Source: a virus
Lineage: Duplodnaviria; Heunggongvirae; Uroviricota; Caudoviricetes
DNA: 64,000 nucleotides
Virus record (IMG/VR): IMGVR_UViG_3300028591_008384
Reading direction: 5' to 3' (one strand)
In this document: one piece after another, positions 36,353-45,115 of the stretch
Layout of the letters: every line of letters starts with the position of its first letter
Numbering within the stretch: the stretch's first letter is position 1
The notes under the pieces: model-generated
Databases searched by the model: none
Told to the model about the DNA's origin: nothing
What the model saw: only the letters and a program-made list of their open reading frames with translations
Translations under genes and position numbers: made by a program

Positions 36353-37160
36353 TGCCAGTGTCCTTCTTTAAGTCCTCGATCCACTGGTCGCACTTTTCGC
36401 GCCAATCAGCAATCGTCCCCCTGAATGCCTTGTCACCAAGTACGCCGTTGATAATGTGCTGACGGTCAGTGATGTTCCCGTTGACCTGCAGTTTCAGACC
36501 GAACTCCACTGCCGCACGGGTGAAATTCAGCGGGACATCCGCCTCGTAGAAGTCATTCTCGTTGGCAATGGGCGCCGGGGCGCACTGGCCAACCCATCGC
36601 GACACCTTGGGCGAAAGCAGCACTTCCTTCGTGAAGTCATGCACAGGCTTGCCATCCTCGCCGATGGTTGCCTTGCAGTCGGCATCGGCCAATGTATGGA
36701 GCCTCGGGAACCACTGGTGGGTCACAATCTGCATGATGTGGAACCTGGACTTCATCTGGCCGAGGACCAGTGCGTTCATGTGGTTCTCGATTACCCAGTG
36801 AAGCGGGACGATATTGGGGATGACACCACCAACCTCGTTGCGGATCCATTCATTGAGTACATCCAGGCTGTAAAGTTCATGACCGGCCATATTCTTGCCC
36901 TCGTTCTTGTCGAGCGCACGCTTCTTGCCGGCATCGTGGAACAGCGCAATCATCACGTCCACCCAGTCATGTCCTTGCCGGAGATTATTGATTACAAGGG
37001 CCGTATGGTCCCAAACGTCACCCTCGCAGTGTACCTTCGGATGGGCGACACCCATCATTTCCTTTTCGATGAACGGGAAGAAATCCCGGTTTTCGAGGAT
37101 TGCCGAAACCGGGTCTTCCGAGTTGAAAATGTCTATTGCCTTGTTGATTTTAGGATTCAT
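36339..37160 (-). CDS. HD-domain phosphohydrolase (resembles the HD 2',3'-cyclic phosphodiesterase/phosphatase domain of multifunctional CCA enzymes)
   Basis: ORF track 36339..37406 trimmed to Met83, 0 nt after promoter box TTTTGCTACATTTTGGGT-ATG; H...HD signature DVWDHTALV ... ALFHDAGK. Confidence 0.5.
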   Translation of the reverse strand: MNPKINKAIDIFNSEDPVSAILENRDFFPFIEKEMMGVAHPKVHCEGDVWDHTALVINNLRQGHDWVDVMIALFHDAGKKRALDKNEGKNMAGHELYSLDVLNEWIRNEVGGVIPNIVPLHWVIENHMNALVLGQMKSRFHIMQIVTHQWFPRLHTLADADCKATIGEDGKPVHDFTKEVLLSPKVSRWVGQCAPAPIANENDFYEADVPLNFTRAAVEFGLKLQVNGNITDRQHIINGVLGDKAFRGTIADWREKCDQWIEDLKKDTGNETA

Positions 37161-37197
37161 ACCCAAAATGTAGCAAAATGGACAGAAGGTGGCAACT
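37161..37197 (-). promoter_or_regulatory. phage promoter motif
   Basis: Reverse complement GTTGCCACCTTCTGTCCATTTTGCTACATTTTGGGT-ATG. Confidence 0.5.
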
Positions 37198-39760
37198 AGC
37201 CTCGCACCGGGAACAAGACGAAGCGCATGTCTTCCACGGTCAGGTGTGTCGAGTGGTCCATTGCGAGATACCGGTTCGCACCGCATGGACAGTTGAACGG
37301 AGCCGAACGCAATACACGCTTCTTCCGCATGTGCACGCCTTCCGGGTCCACATCGTCGGGAACCAGTGCAGTAGCAAATATGCCGTCCTTCGGCTCGGTC
37401 GTCCACTCGTCCGTATTTTCAAGACGTTTCTCCGGTTCGGTAGCATGTTCATAGAACATCGGGAAATACTCCCGTCCCCCGTCATTATTGATTAACGAAA
37501 TGTAGTCGCTATACCCGGCCTCGTGCATTTCGTTCAACAATGGATTGCGCAGCACGATGCGCGGGTACCTGTTACGGTCCGACATCACCATCGGGAGTTC
37601 CCCGGCTCCACCCACCCGTTTCTTCTTCGCATTCGGATCGGGCTTGGGTTTTGCGGAATCACTGTCGCCAAGTCCATCCAGTTCCAAGTCAATGAAGAAG
37701 TGCTCAGCATACGTGCTAGGAATTTTATATTCCGGCTTGTTGGCGGCATCAAGCCCGCCGATTATGCGGTACATGTCATTCAGGGTGGGAGTGCGCCATC
37801 CGGGTGGAAGCGCCTCTGCCACGTCCTTGCTGCCATACACCATGAGCGCACCATTGTCATAAGTCGCATTGTTCCCAGGGAGAGCCGCATTCATCTTCTC
37901 AATAGTATCTGGAGTCACCTCTCGGTCGGACTTGACCAAGTACACGGACCGGGAAATGCCCCTGACACTCCCATGTGCACGAACAGCACGATGAAAAGCC
38001 TTCATAATCCTGTTTGTAATCGGGTCATCGTCGTAGTCACGCGGGCACATCTTCCATTCAGTAAATTCCTTGCTCAGTGTCATGTCCTCAATCAAGTCAT
38101 CGCACAGGTCGAAATCTGTACCCATGTGGCAGTTCTCGATGAGGTCAATCATGTAGTCCACATGCTCCCATTTCGGCACTTCCCTTCCAGGGTACATTCC
38201 TTGGTAGACATCGGTAAGCAAGGAAGCTACACCGTCATCGGTTTTCGGCATGTGCGCATGCGGTAGACCGTCGGGATCGTACTCATACGGATTTGTTATG
38301 AGTGTGTGTAACTTATCAAACGGTATGAACCATTGTTTTTGATCAGTAAGGAACATCGCATAGTAGGAAATCCCAACATCAAATGTACGATATTCGTCGC
38401 CAATTCGGCCAAGAACTTGAAATGGCTTTGTAAAAATGAATTCTATATCATTTACGTGAAACGGGGTACGTTCAATTTTGAAAATATCGAGGTTTTTGAT
38501 GAAATCTACCCCGGAAACACGACACATTGCCTCAAAAGGGACCTCGCATCGTTGGAAAATGCCAGTTTCCGATAGAGTGAACATGTAAAAGTTACGTCCA
38601 GTCGGCAATGCTCCACTGTTATCGACCCATTCACCATCCATGACACCACGGTAAACGGGGGAATTGGGGACATATCTGACCGGATCGAGCATGCACTCGA
38701 TACCCCCAATCTTGCGGGTACGGTAATGCTTGCCGTCCCTGGGGTCCACATACTCCTTAATTTCCCCCATGCCGGCCTTCGTACCCTTCTCCAAATAGCT
38801 ACCGAATACCTTGCGCATCTTGACAATCGGCTTGTTCAGTTCGGTAATGCGCTTCCTTTCCGCCTTGAGTACGGCCCGCTCGTCAGCGGCACTGTAAGGG
38901 GGGCACACCTCGAAGAACGGTCCCCCCAGTAGTTCGGAAAGTTCCATTTCGTCATACTTGTTATCACCCTTGCGATGGTCGATACCGTCATGGGCATGGT
39001 TCCAGCGGTTGTTCACATGCACCAGGCGCCCACCCGGACCTATGTCAATCCCGAGCATGGATTCACCATACATTTCGTCATCCACGGTCATCGTCTCGAA
39101 ACCGGGCAATACGGCAAGGTATAGCCTAATCATGTTTGTGAGGCCACTGGCGCCACCGGTGAACCGGGACGTGTCCACATGGCGATAATGATCGAAGGTA
39201 CTCTGCGACCCAAGATGACACCACGCATACGGCTTGGTGTAATCGTAATACTGGTTGGCCGTTTCAAAGCAGTCCAGTTCGATAACCCGGTACTTGCGTT
39301 CGCCGTACTTGCGGCGTTTCAGCTTGCGCTTCAGTGACGACCAGTCCTTGGTGACCGTAGAACCGTACATCGCGAACAGGTCCTGGAAGGACATCGGCTC
39401 CCCGCCAATGGGGGCAAGGTGCCTAGTGTATTCAGTGGAGTGCGCGATTGAAATGATGCGGAGGATGTCATGCAGGTTGCCAATCTCGGTAAGCTGCTCA
39501 TCGCCGGTACCTAGTTCCAGGGTGCCGAATGCAATCCTGGCTGCACCCGGAGCGAAACGGATCTTGCACTGGCCGTCCTTGAAGAAATGGGCACGAAGGT
39601 CCATGTAGGCCGCACGGGTCCAGGAGGAAATTCCCTTGTTCTGGGCAATTTCCTCATAGATGGTCTGCAGCCGCCCCCTGTTGGGGAGGGCCATAAGGAC
39701 CTTCTTGGTGTAGCGGTAGGCATCGCCTTCTGAGCCATTTGCAGTTTCGTTCGGTAGCAT
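37196..39760 (-). CDS. large hypothetical protein (about 855 aa)
   Basis: ORF track 37196..39886 trimmed to Met43 with SD acagaggaacg; no motif I can place; C-terminal NCPCGANRY cysteine pair. Confidence 0.5.
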   Translation of the reverse strand: MLPNETANGSEGDAYRYTKKVLMALPNRGRLQTIYEEIAQNKGISSWTRAAYMDLRAHFFKDGQCKIRFAPGAARIAFGTLELGTGDEQLTEIGNLHDILRIISIAHSTEYTRHLAPIGGEPMSFQDLFAMYGSTVTKDWSSLKRKLKRRKYGERKYRVIELDCFETANQYYDYTKPYAWCHLGSQSTFDHYRHVDTSRFTGGASGLTNMIRLYLAVLPGFETMTVDDEMYGESMLGIDIGPGGRLVHVNNRWNHAHDGIDHRKGDNKYDEMELSELLGGPFFEVCPPYSAADERAVLKAERKRITELNKPIVKMRKVFGSYLEKGTKAGMGEIKEYVDPRDGKHYRTRKIGGIECMLDPVRYVPNSPVYRGVMDGEWVDNSGALPTGRNFYMFTLSETGIFQRCEVPFEAMCRVSGVDFIKNLDIFKIERTPFHVNDIEFIFTKPFQVLGRIGDEYRTFDVGISYYAMFLTDQKQWFIPFDKLHTLITNPYEYDPDGLPHAHMPKTDDGVASLLTDVYQGMYPGREVPKWEHVDYMIDLIENCHMGTDFDLCDDLIEDMTLSKEFTEWKMCPRDYDDDPITNRIMKAFHRAVRAHGSVRGISRSVYLVKSDREVTPDTIEKMNAALPGNNATYDNGALMVYGSKDVAEALPPGWRTPTLNDMYRIIGGLDAANKPEYKIPSTYAEHFFIDLELDGLGDSDSAKPKPDPNAKKKRVGGAGELPMVMSDRNRYPRIVLRNPLLNEMHEAGYSDYISLINNDGGREYFPMFYEHATEPEKRLENTDEWTTEPKDGIFATALVPDDVDPEGVHMRKKRVLRSAPFNCPCGANRYLAMDHSTHLTVEDMRFVLFPVRG

Positions 39761-39939
39761 CGTTCCTCTGTAAAAAACACGAAACTGCGGCCTTACAGGG
39801 GCGTCCCCCTGCTCGACCGCAGCCTCCGAGGACCCTTCAAGAACACGCGCCAGCCGCTGACCACCTTGCGGCGAGGGCCGACACACGTCCCATCCAAATC
39901 CTCTTCGTTCAGGCCGGCCAGCCGCGCAAGGGGCCGTCC

Positions 39940-39975
39940 AGCCTTCTTCTCAAAATGTAGCATTTGCCACGCCAA
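39940..39975 (-). promoter_or_regulatory. phage promoter motif about 180 nt upstream of the 855-aa gene
   Basis: Reverse complement GTTGCCACTTGGCGTGGCAAATGCTACATTTTGAG, followed by a GC-rich leader. Confidence 0.4.
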
Positions 39976-39983
39976 GTGGCAAC

Positions 39984-40394
39984 TTACTTCTTTTCCTTCG
40001 GCTTCTCGATTTCGTCGGCAGCACCCTTCAAGATGATGGAAAGGCTGTGGACAATTTCCTGGGTGTCCTTGCCGGCCTGTTGCAGGTTGGCACTATCGGC
40101 CAGCTTGGTCACGATGTCGGCACCGTACATCGCATACATTTCCGTCTTGGGAGGAATTGCGACCGCGACGAGGGACAGCAAGAAGAATGCCGGGACCCAG
40201 TACCTGACGCGCAGGAACTTGGTGAACGGCTCGATATCCTCGACCCTCTCGCCGGAAGTCTTTGCAGCCCGCACCACCATGAACATGATGAATGCGACAA
40301 GGGAACCGATTGCCGCGAAGAAGGCAAGCAGCTTGGCAACATCGTCCACGCCGTCAAGGAACGATGCGATGTAAATGAATGTGGAAAGTTTCAT
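39984..40394 (-). CDS. hypothetical membrane protein (2 TM)
   Basis: ORF track 136 aa; two hydrophobic helices. Confidence 0.4.
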   Translation of the reverse strand: MKLSTFIYIASFLDGVDDVAKLLAFFAAIGSLVAFIMFMVVRAAKTSGERVEDIEPFTKFLRVRYWVPAFFLLSLVAVAIPPKTEMYAMYGADIVTKLADSANLQQAGKDTQEIVHSLSIILKGAADEIEKPKEKK

Positions 40395-40690
40395 TCTTGT
40401 TCTTCCTTTTTGAATTTCTTTTCAAACTTTTCAGAATGGCACACCATGGTCTTCCAGTGCCTGGACAGGATTGCATACCTCGCCTCTTTCAGCAGCATCG
40501 CCATCTTGTACCTCCGTTCCATCGGGACGGTACCCAGGTCAAGGTCATCCCGGAGAGCGTTGGTCTCGTATGCGAAAAAGCCGTTGAGGAACCTGTACGA
40601 ATCCCTGACCAGCTTGAAATGCACCACCCTGTCGTCCAGGACCCTGCAAAACTCCCTCAGGAGGATGCGCCTGTGACGATAGAGATACAT
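40391..40690 (-). CDS. hypothetical protein
   Basis: ORF track 99 aa. Confidence 0.35.
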   Translation of the reverse strand: MYLYRHRRILLREFCRVLDDRVVHFKLVRDSYRFLNGFFAYETNALRDDLDLGTVPMERRYKMAMLLKEARYAILSRHWKTMVCHSEKFEKKFKKEEQE

Positions 40691-40694
40691 GGGC

Positions 40695-41402
40695 CTACTT
40701 CGACCCCGTGGAGCCGAAGCCGCCTCTGGACGGATCGGTCATCTTGCCTTCGACAAAATGGATACGCGGCTGGCGTTCCACGATGCGGAACTGGCAAATC
40801 TTGTCGTCCTTGTTGATGACGGTATCGCGCATGGCGATGACGGACATCCTCCACCAGTCTTCCGGGCCGGAATAGGAGTTGTCGATGATGCCGACATGGT
40901 TTGCCTGGATGATACCCCACTTCTTGAAGGTGGAGGAACGCGGCACGAGATGAGCTTCGTAGCCTTCCGGGAGCTTCATGGCCACGCCGAGGTGGATGAG
41001 CTTGTGTTCACCCTGCTTCAACTCGACCGTTTCTGCAGCATACATGTCGATCCAGTCACCCTTCTTTTCAATGGAAAGGCGCTTCACGCTGTCATTGAGG
41101 TACTGGACGGTGATGACCTTGCCATCACGGGGGCCAAGCATGTCAATGAGGTACTTTTCCACTTCGGAAATCATATCTTCATTGGCAATCTTGAAGAGAC
41201 CGGCAGTCTTGATGGTCGTACCGGGGAGGAAACGGACCATCGGAAGCTTGGTACCGGTTGCCGGTTCGGTGTTCAGTTCGGTATATCCGACCTTTTCGTC
41301 ACCCATCATGAGGTTGCATGTCATGGTCTGGGGGTTGTAGATGCGGAATATGCCGTATTTTTCAAGTACAGCATCGAGTTTTGTCCAAGTTGTATCTTGC
41401 AT
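40695..41402 (-). CDS. dut: dUTP diphosphatase (trimeric dUTPase family) with N-terminal extension
   Basis: ORF track 40695..41588 trimmed to Met63 with SD aaggaaaag; dUTPase motif III GIIDNSYSG and motif V RGGFGSTG. Confidence 0.55.
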   Translation of the reverse strand: MQDTTWTKLDAVLEKYGIFRIYNPQTMTCNLMMGDEKVGYTELNTEPATGTKLPMVRFLPGTTIKTAGLFKIANEDMISEVEKYLIDMLGPRDGKVITVQYLNDSVKRLSIEKKGDWIDMYAAETVELKQGEHKLIHLGVAMKLPEGYEAHLVPRSSTFKKWGIIQANHVGIIDNSYSGPEDWWRMSVIAMRDTVINKDDKICQFRIVERQPRIHFVEGKMTDPSRGGFGSTGSK

Positions 41403-41419
41403 TTTACTTTTCCTTTTAT

Positions 41420-42766
41420 TTAGAAATTCTCCCACTCCATCGGCAGCAACTTCTCGGCAAGTTCCACGGAGAACTTGTCGATTTCTTCCGGCGTATATGC
41501 CTTTTCCTTCAATCCGGATTCGGCAAACGCCTTGTTCACTTCCTTTCCAAGTTCGCCGATGTAGTCGATGATGTCCTCGAAAGTCCAATCGCCGTTCTTG
41601 ATGGCCAGGAGGAAGTCACGGTCATTACTGTACGGATGCTTGTTGTAGTCCATGCAGACCTTGTTGCAGAGGTCCCTGTCCGCACGGTAGACCGGGACGG
41701 TATGCTCGGTGGCGATACCGTAGGCGGTAAGGAGCAGACGGACACAGTGCATGATGTTCTTCGCATCGTAGCCCTGGCCATGCTTCAAGGTGGTGTTGTA
41801 GCGTTCCTCGTTACGGGCCTTGACCCAGTCCCAATACTCGTGCCACTTCTTGCACTTACGCGCAAAGTCGTTGCGGTTCACGAAGATATGGGCAACGGGG
41901 CTCAAACCCTTCGGAATGGAGTTGAGCTGGATATCATCGCTGCGCTCGATGTCACGGACGACACCATAGCCCCAACGCCACTTGTGCTCGGGAAGCTGGC
42001 GGACACCCTTGAATACCTTGGAGAGGCATTTCCAGACGAATTCGCGGATACTGATGGACAGCGGCTTCTTCTGGAAATACATGGCGTAAATACAGTCGCC
42101 ATGGTCGATACGGGCGATGGAGAACCAACGCTGCACTTCTTCCGGCTTGCCGCGATAGTTGGCCTTGACCCATTCCATGAGTGGAGTGGCGAGGTTGCCA
42201 TCGAGCACGTAGATGAAATCGACAAAGCGCGGCCTGTCTTTCGGCTGCGGGTCGAACACCTTCTTGTTCAGGCCCTTGGCGCGGTCAACCTGGCCACGGG
42301 CATACTCGCAGAACGACTTGTCACAGCGCATGGTGAGGAAGTCAAATCTCTTGCGGAGGATTTCCAGGATGGACTGGCCGATAAACACGCAGTGCCTCGG
42401 CGCATAGAGCATTTCGAGAGCCTGTGGATTTGCAGAGTTCAATTCGGTAAGGAACTTCGTGATGTCCCAGTAGACCTCGTTGTTCTTCTTGTCGGCAATC
42501 TGGCTAGGCGCATCGTGCTTGACGCGCTCGCTCCATTTCAGGATATACACGCCGTGGATGTCCACGTCGGATGTCTCGGTCGCGAGACCGAACGACTGCG
42601 AACCCGCGGCAACCTTGATAAGGAGGATACCCTTTTCATGGACCCTCTTCTCGGTCTCGGACATGGCGCCATTGGTCACCTGTTCTTCCCAGTAGCGTTC
42701 GAGTTCCTTGGAGAATGGCGGGAGTTCGGGTATGCTGTTCTTGAAAATTTCGCTATTATCGTTCAT
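41420..42766 (-). CDS. Pol-beta superfamily nucleotidyltransferase (RNA-repair-associated type, putative)
   Basis: ORF track 41420..42772 (TTG) moved to the in-frame ATG; GS-x10-DVD motif (AAGSQSFGLATETSDVDIHGVY); leaderless after the promoter box. Confidence 0.5.
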   Translation of the reverse strand: MNDNSEIFKNSIPELPPFSKELERYWEEQVTNGAMSETEKRVHEKGILLIKVAAGSQSFGLATETSDVDIHGVYILKWSERVKHDAPSQIADKKNNEVYWDITKFLTELNSANPQALEMLYAPRHCVFIGQSILEILRKRFDFLTMRCDKSFCEYARGQVDRAKGLNKKVFDPQPKDRPRFVDFIYVLDGNLATPLMEWVKANYRGKPEEVQRWFSIARIDHGDCIYAMYFQKKPLSISIREFVWKCLSKVFKGVRQLPEHKWRWGYGVVRDIERSDDIQLNSIPKGLSPVAHIFVNRNDFARKCKKWHEYWDWVKARNEERYNTTLKHGQGYDAKNIMHCVRLLLTAYGIATEHTVPVYRADRDLCNKVCMDYNKHPYSNDRDFLLAIKNGDWTFEDIIDYIGELGKEVNKAFAESGLKEKAYTPEEIDKFSVELAEKLLPMEWENF

Positions 42767-42800
42767 GTTCAAAATATAGCAAAATTATTCCCGATTGGCA
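42767..42800 (-). promoter_or_regulatory. phage promoter motif
   Basis: Reverse complement TTTTGCTATATTTTGAAC-ATG. Confidence 0.45.
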
Positions 42801-42819
42801 GCCGTATTCGCTCATTTGC

Positions 42820-43098
42820 TTAATCCTGCACATCATATGATGTGTGAATGTTGATTTCCTTTACAGAGCATGCCGCGATGGTATCATTCATAACGATTTC
42901 GGAACCCCATCTGAGGCTACCGCGATCAACATTTTTTGCATTGGTTATAGCTTGCTCCGCCAGTTCACGGGTAGTGAACTGGACGGCCATCAACGGTTCA
43001 TCCGTGAGATATTCGTTAATCGATGCACAGCAGCCTGTATAATACCGCCCACTCTCGTGCTTTAGAACGTAGCCCTTCACGTCCTTTGTAATTTTCAT
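42820..43098 (-). CDS. hypothetical protein
   Basis: ORF track 42820..43176 trimmed to Met27, after the upstream gene stop. Confidence 0.3.
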   Translation of the reverse strand: MKITKDVKGYVLKHESGRYYTGCCASINEYLTDEPLMAVQFTTRELAEQAITNAKNVDRGSLRWGSEIVMNDTIAACSVKEINIHTSYDVQD

Positions 43099-43355
43099 TT
43101 CAGTTTTCCTCCATATAACTTGATTTTCAGCGGGATATCCCGCTTGCCGATAGCGATCCGCCTCACGGCTTCCCAATCCGTCACGGACATCTTCTCAAAG
43201 AGCCCCAGACGCCCGGTCCGTATGTAATTGCGGAACGCATTGAAACTGTTGCACATGAGGTTCACCACATACGGCTTGTTGTCGCCGAAGAACTTGTGCA
43301 TGGTTCCTTCCGGAATGACGATGCGCCACTTGTTGTCCTGGATCCATTCAATCAT
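43095..43355 (-). CDS. hypothetical protein
   Basis: ORF track 43095..43433 trimmed to Met27. Confidence 0.3.
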   Translation of the reverse strand: MIEWIQDNKWRIVIPEGTMHKFFGDNKPYVVNLMCNSFNAFRNYIRTGRLGLFEKMSVTDWEAVRRIAIGKRDIPLKIKLYGGKLK

Positions 43356-43882
43356 ACGACAACCCTCCCGGATGCCACGGCATCCCTGATTTTCTCGATG
43401 AGTTCGACTTCCATTAGTCCACTCAGCGTGCACACCGTGCTCGGCTTGTGCGTCATCTTTTCCTTGAATAGTTCCCGAGCATCAAATGCGAGGCGCCCAA
43501 GGGAGTCCTTGAACTGGTCACGCTGGAAATGTTCGCGGAATTCCTTCGGGAACGTCAGTTCCAGCTTGAATTCCCGTTCATTGTATTCCAGGGCTTTCAG
43601 TTTCTCAACCGCATCACCAAAGGACACTTCCTCGTCGTCATACTTGAACTTGTCGGCATAGACTTCCAAGGTGTGATGAGCATCTTCCCACTGGACGGAA
43701 CCGTCCGGACAGGGGAAAATTTCCATTTCGAGGGGAACGAACGGCTGAATGAGACGTGCCTTGGATATAACCTCGGCACTTACAGCCTCATTGGGCCGCC
43801 CATCCGAATAGGTGGCATACCATCCTGGCTGTGAACAGTCCTTCTCGATGCCTTCGAGCGTATTTCCATGGCAATCAATCAT
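43352..43882 (-). CDS. hypothetical protein
   Basis: ORF track 43352..44035 trimmed to Met52 (MIDCHG), which overlaps the upstream stop. Confidence 0.35.
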   Translation of the reverse strand: MIDCHGNTLEGIEKDCSQPGWYATYSDGRPNEAVSAEVISKARLIQPFVPLEMEIFPCPDGSVQWEDAHHTLEVYADKFKYDDEEVSFGDAVEKLKALEYNEREFKLELTFPKEFREHFQRDQFKDSLGRLAFDARELFKEKMTHKPSTVCTLSGLMEVELIEKIRDAVASGRVVV

Positions 43883-44766
43883 CCGAATACCTCCTTGAAT
43901 GCCTCGTAGTTTTCGGTATCCGCACCGCGACAGTAGACGGCGAACTCGATTGCCTTGAAACGCTTGCGGAATTCCGGCACGACTTCCTTGTAGGCCGATG
44001 CGACCACCTTCGGATCGTTGCGGAATGCCCCGCATCCGAATGCGCCGAGGATTACCACATCCACGAACTCATGTGCGGCTGCACTCAAGATCTGACGGGC
44101 ACGGGAGACATGGAGGGCCTTCAATTCCTCGGGAGAGATATCCGGTGCCAGTTCACGTTCCTGGTTGTACTTGGAAATGTTCTTCTCGCGCAGGTTGGGT
44201 GCCGCGCAGGTGATTACGTCGATAAACACCGGTTCCGGGAGCCAGTCGTAGTCATCATTACGGAGAATTGCAACATTCGGCGTATAGATGATGTCGTCGT
44301 TATGCAACGGGCCCACATTCTTGCGATGCGGGTCATAGAAACGGAGTTCGGCTTCCTTGGTCGTGAGGCACGGGTAGAGCGTTGTGCAGCGGCAGATGCA
44401 TTCTTCCTGTGCGGACGAACCGGTCACGACACCGCCACCCGGACGGGTAGCGCTCGCGAAATTGAGGACGGCCACCTTGCCACAGGGATTGGCCTTCTTC
44501 CACCTCAGCGCACTGTCGATCGAACGGTCACGGGAAACCGTGACGGGACAATCGTCATCGTAAATAGGCGCGATGGACTTGATGTCCACCGGTTTCAGGT
44601 GGAACAACTGGTTCGAAATGGACTCGTTGATGACCTTCCCGAGGGAGGCATCGTCCTTGATCTTGGCCATCGTGTTCTCGAAGATGCCGATATTGTAGCT
44701 TCTGATGTCGTTATGCATTCCTTGCTCCGCGGTTAATTTCCTTGATTTCATTGTTCTTTTCGGCAA
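43879..44766 (-). CDS. bacterial-type poly(ADP-ribose) glycohydrolase / macrodomain (DUF2263-like)
   Basis: ORF track 295 aa; PARG signature GGG-x7-QEE present as RPGGGVVTGSSAQEE within VLNFASATRPGGG...QEECICRCTTLYPCL. Confidence 0.55.
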   Translation of the reverse strand: MPKRTMKSRKLTAEQGMHNDIRSYNIGIFENTMAKIKDDASLGKVINESISNQLFHLKPVDIKSIAPIYDDDCPVTVSRDRSIDSALRWKKANPCGKVAVLNFASATRPGGGVVTGSSAQEECICRCTTLYPCLTTKEAELRFYDPHRKNVGPLHNDDIIYTPNVAILRNDDYDWLPEPVFIDVITCAAPNLREKNISKYNQERELAPDISPEELKALHVSRARQILSAAAHEFVDVVILGAFGCGAFRNDPKVVASAYKEVVPEFRKRFKAIEFAVYCRGADTENYEAFKEVFG

Positions 44767-45115
44767 CCAGGTTGTTCACCTTCGTAAAGAAGGATTCCGT
44801 TTCCAGTTCAACCATGCGATGCTGCTGTTCGCACATCATCACGAATTCTCGGGACAATGTCTTGCACGGAATGAAGGAAAATGTCCTGGCGATTACCGGG
44901 TTACGATACCAGGTATCAACGAAATTCAACTGAATCTGCGCATTGAGGCACTTGAATGAGCCGTTGGCGCATTCACTAATCCAGAATTCCAGGCACACGC
45001 CTTCCTTTCCCTTAGTAAACCGCGTACGGTCACGGTCTGTCCCGAACCCGCGTGATTCCAGCCATTTCCCGAATTCCTGAATTTCTGACCATTTAGGCTT
45101 TGCCATGATTACCAC
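44711..45115 (-). CDS. hypothetical protein
   Basis: ORF track 134 aa. Confidence 0.35.
   Translation of the reverse strand: MVIMAKPKWSEIQEFGKWLESRGFGTDRDRTRFTKGKEGVCLEFWISECANGSFKCLNAQIQLNFVDTWYRNPVIARTFSFIPCKTLSREFVMMCEQQHRMVELETESFFTKVNNLVAEKNNEIKEINRGARNA

Noticed and set aside
37196-39760. RNA ligase (Rnl1/Rnl2/RtcB) candidate among the large orphan proteins
   Set aside because: I searched by eye for KxDG / KxHG nucleotidyltransferase lysine motifs and RtcB-like His clusters in the 855-aa and 582-aa proteins and found none convincing.
37196-39886. N-terminal extensions of several ORF-track calls (for example 37196..39886, 36339..37406, 45109..46383, 40695..41588)
   Set aside because: The extensions are Ala/Gly/Arg-rich, overlap upstream genes or promoter boxes, and an internal Met sits directly after a promoter box or SD. 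I trimmed the starts accordingly.
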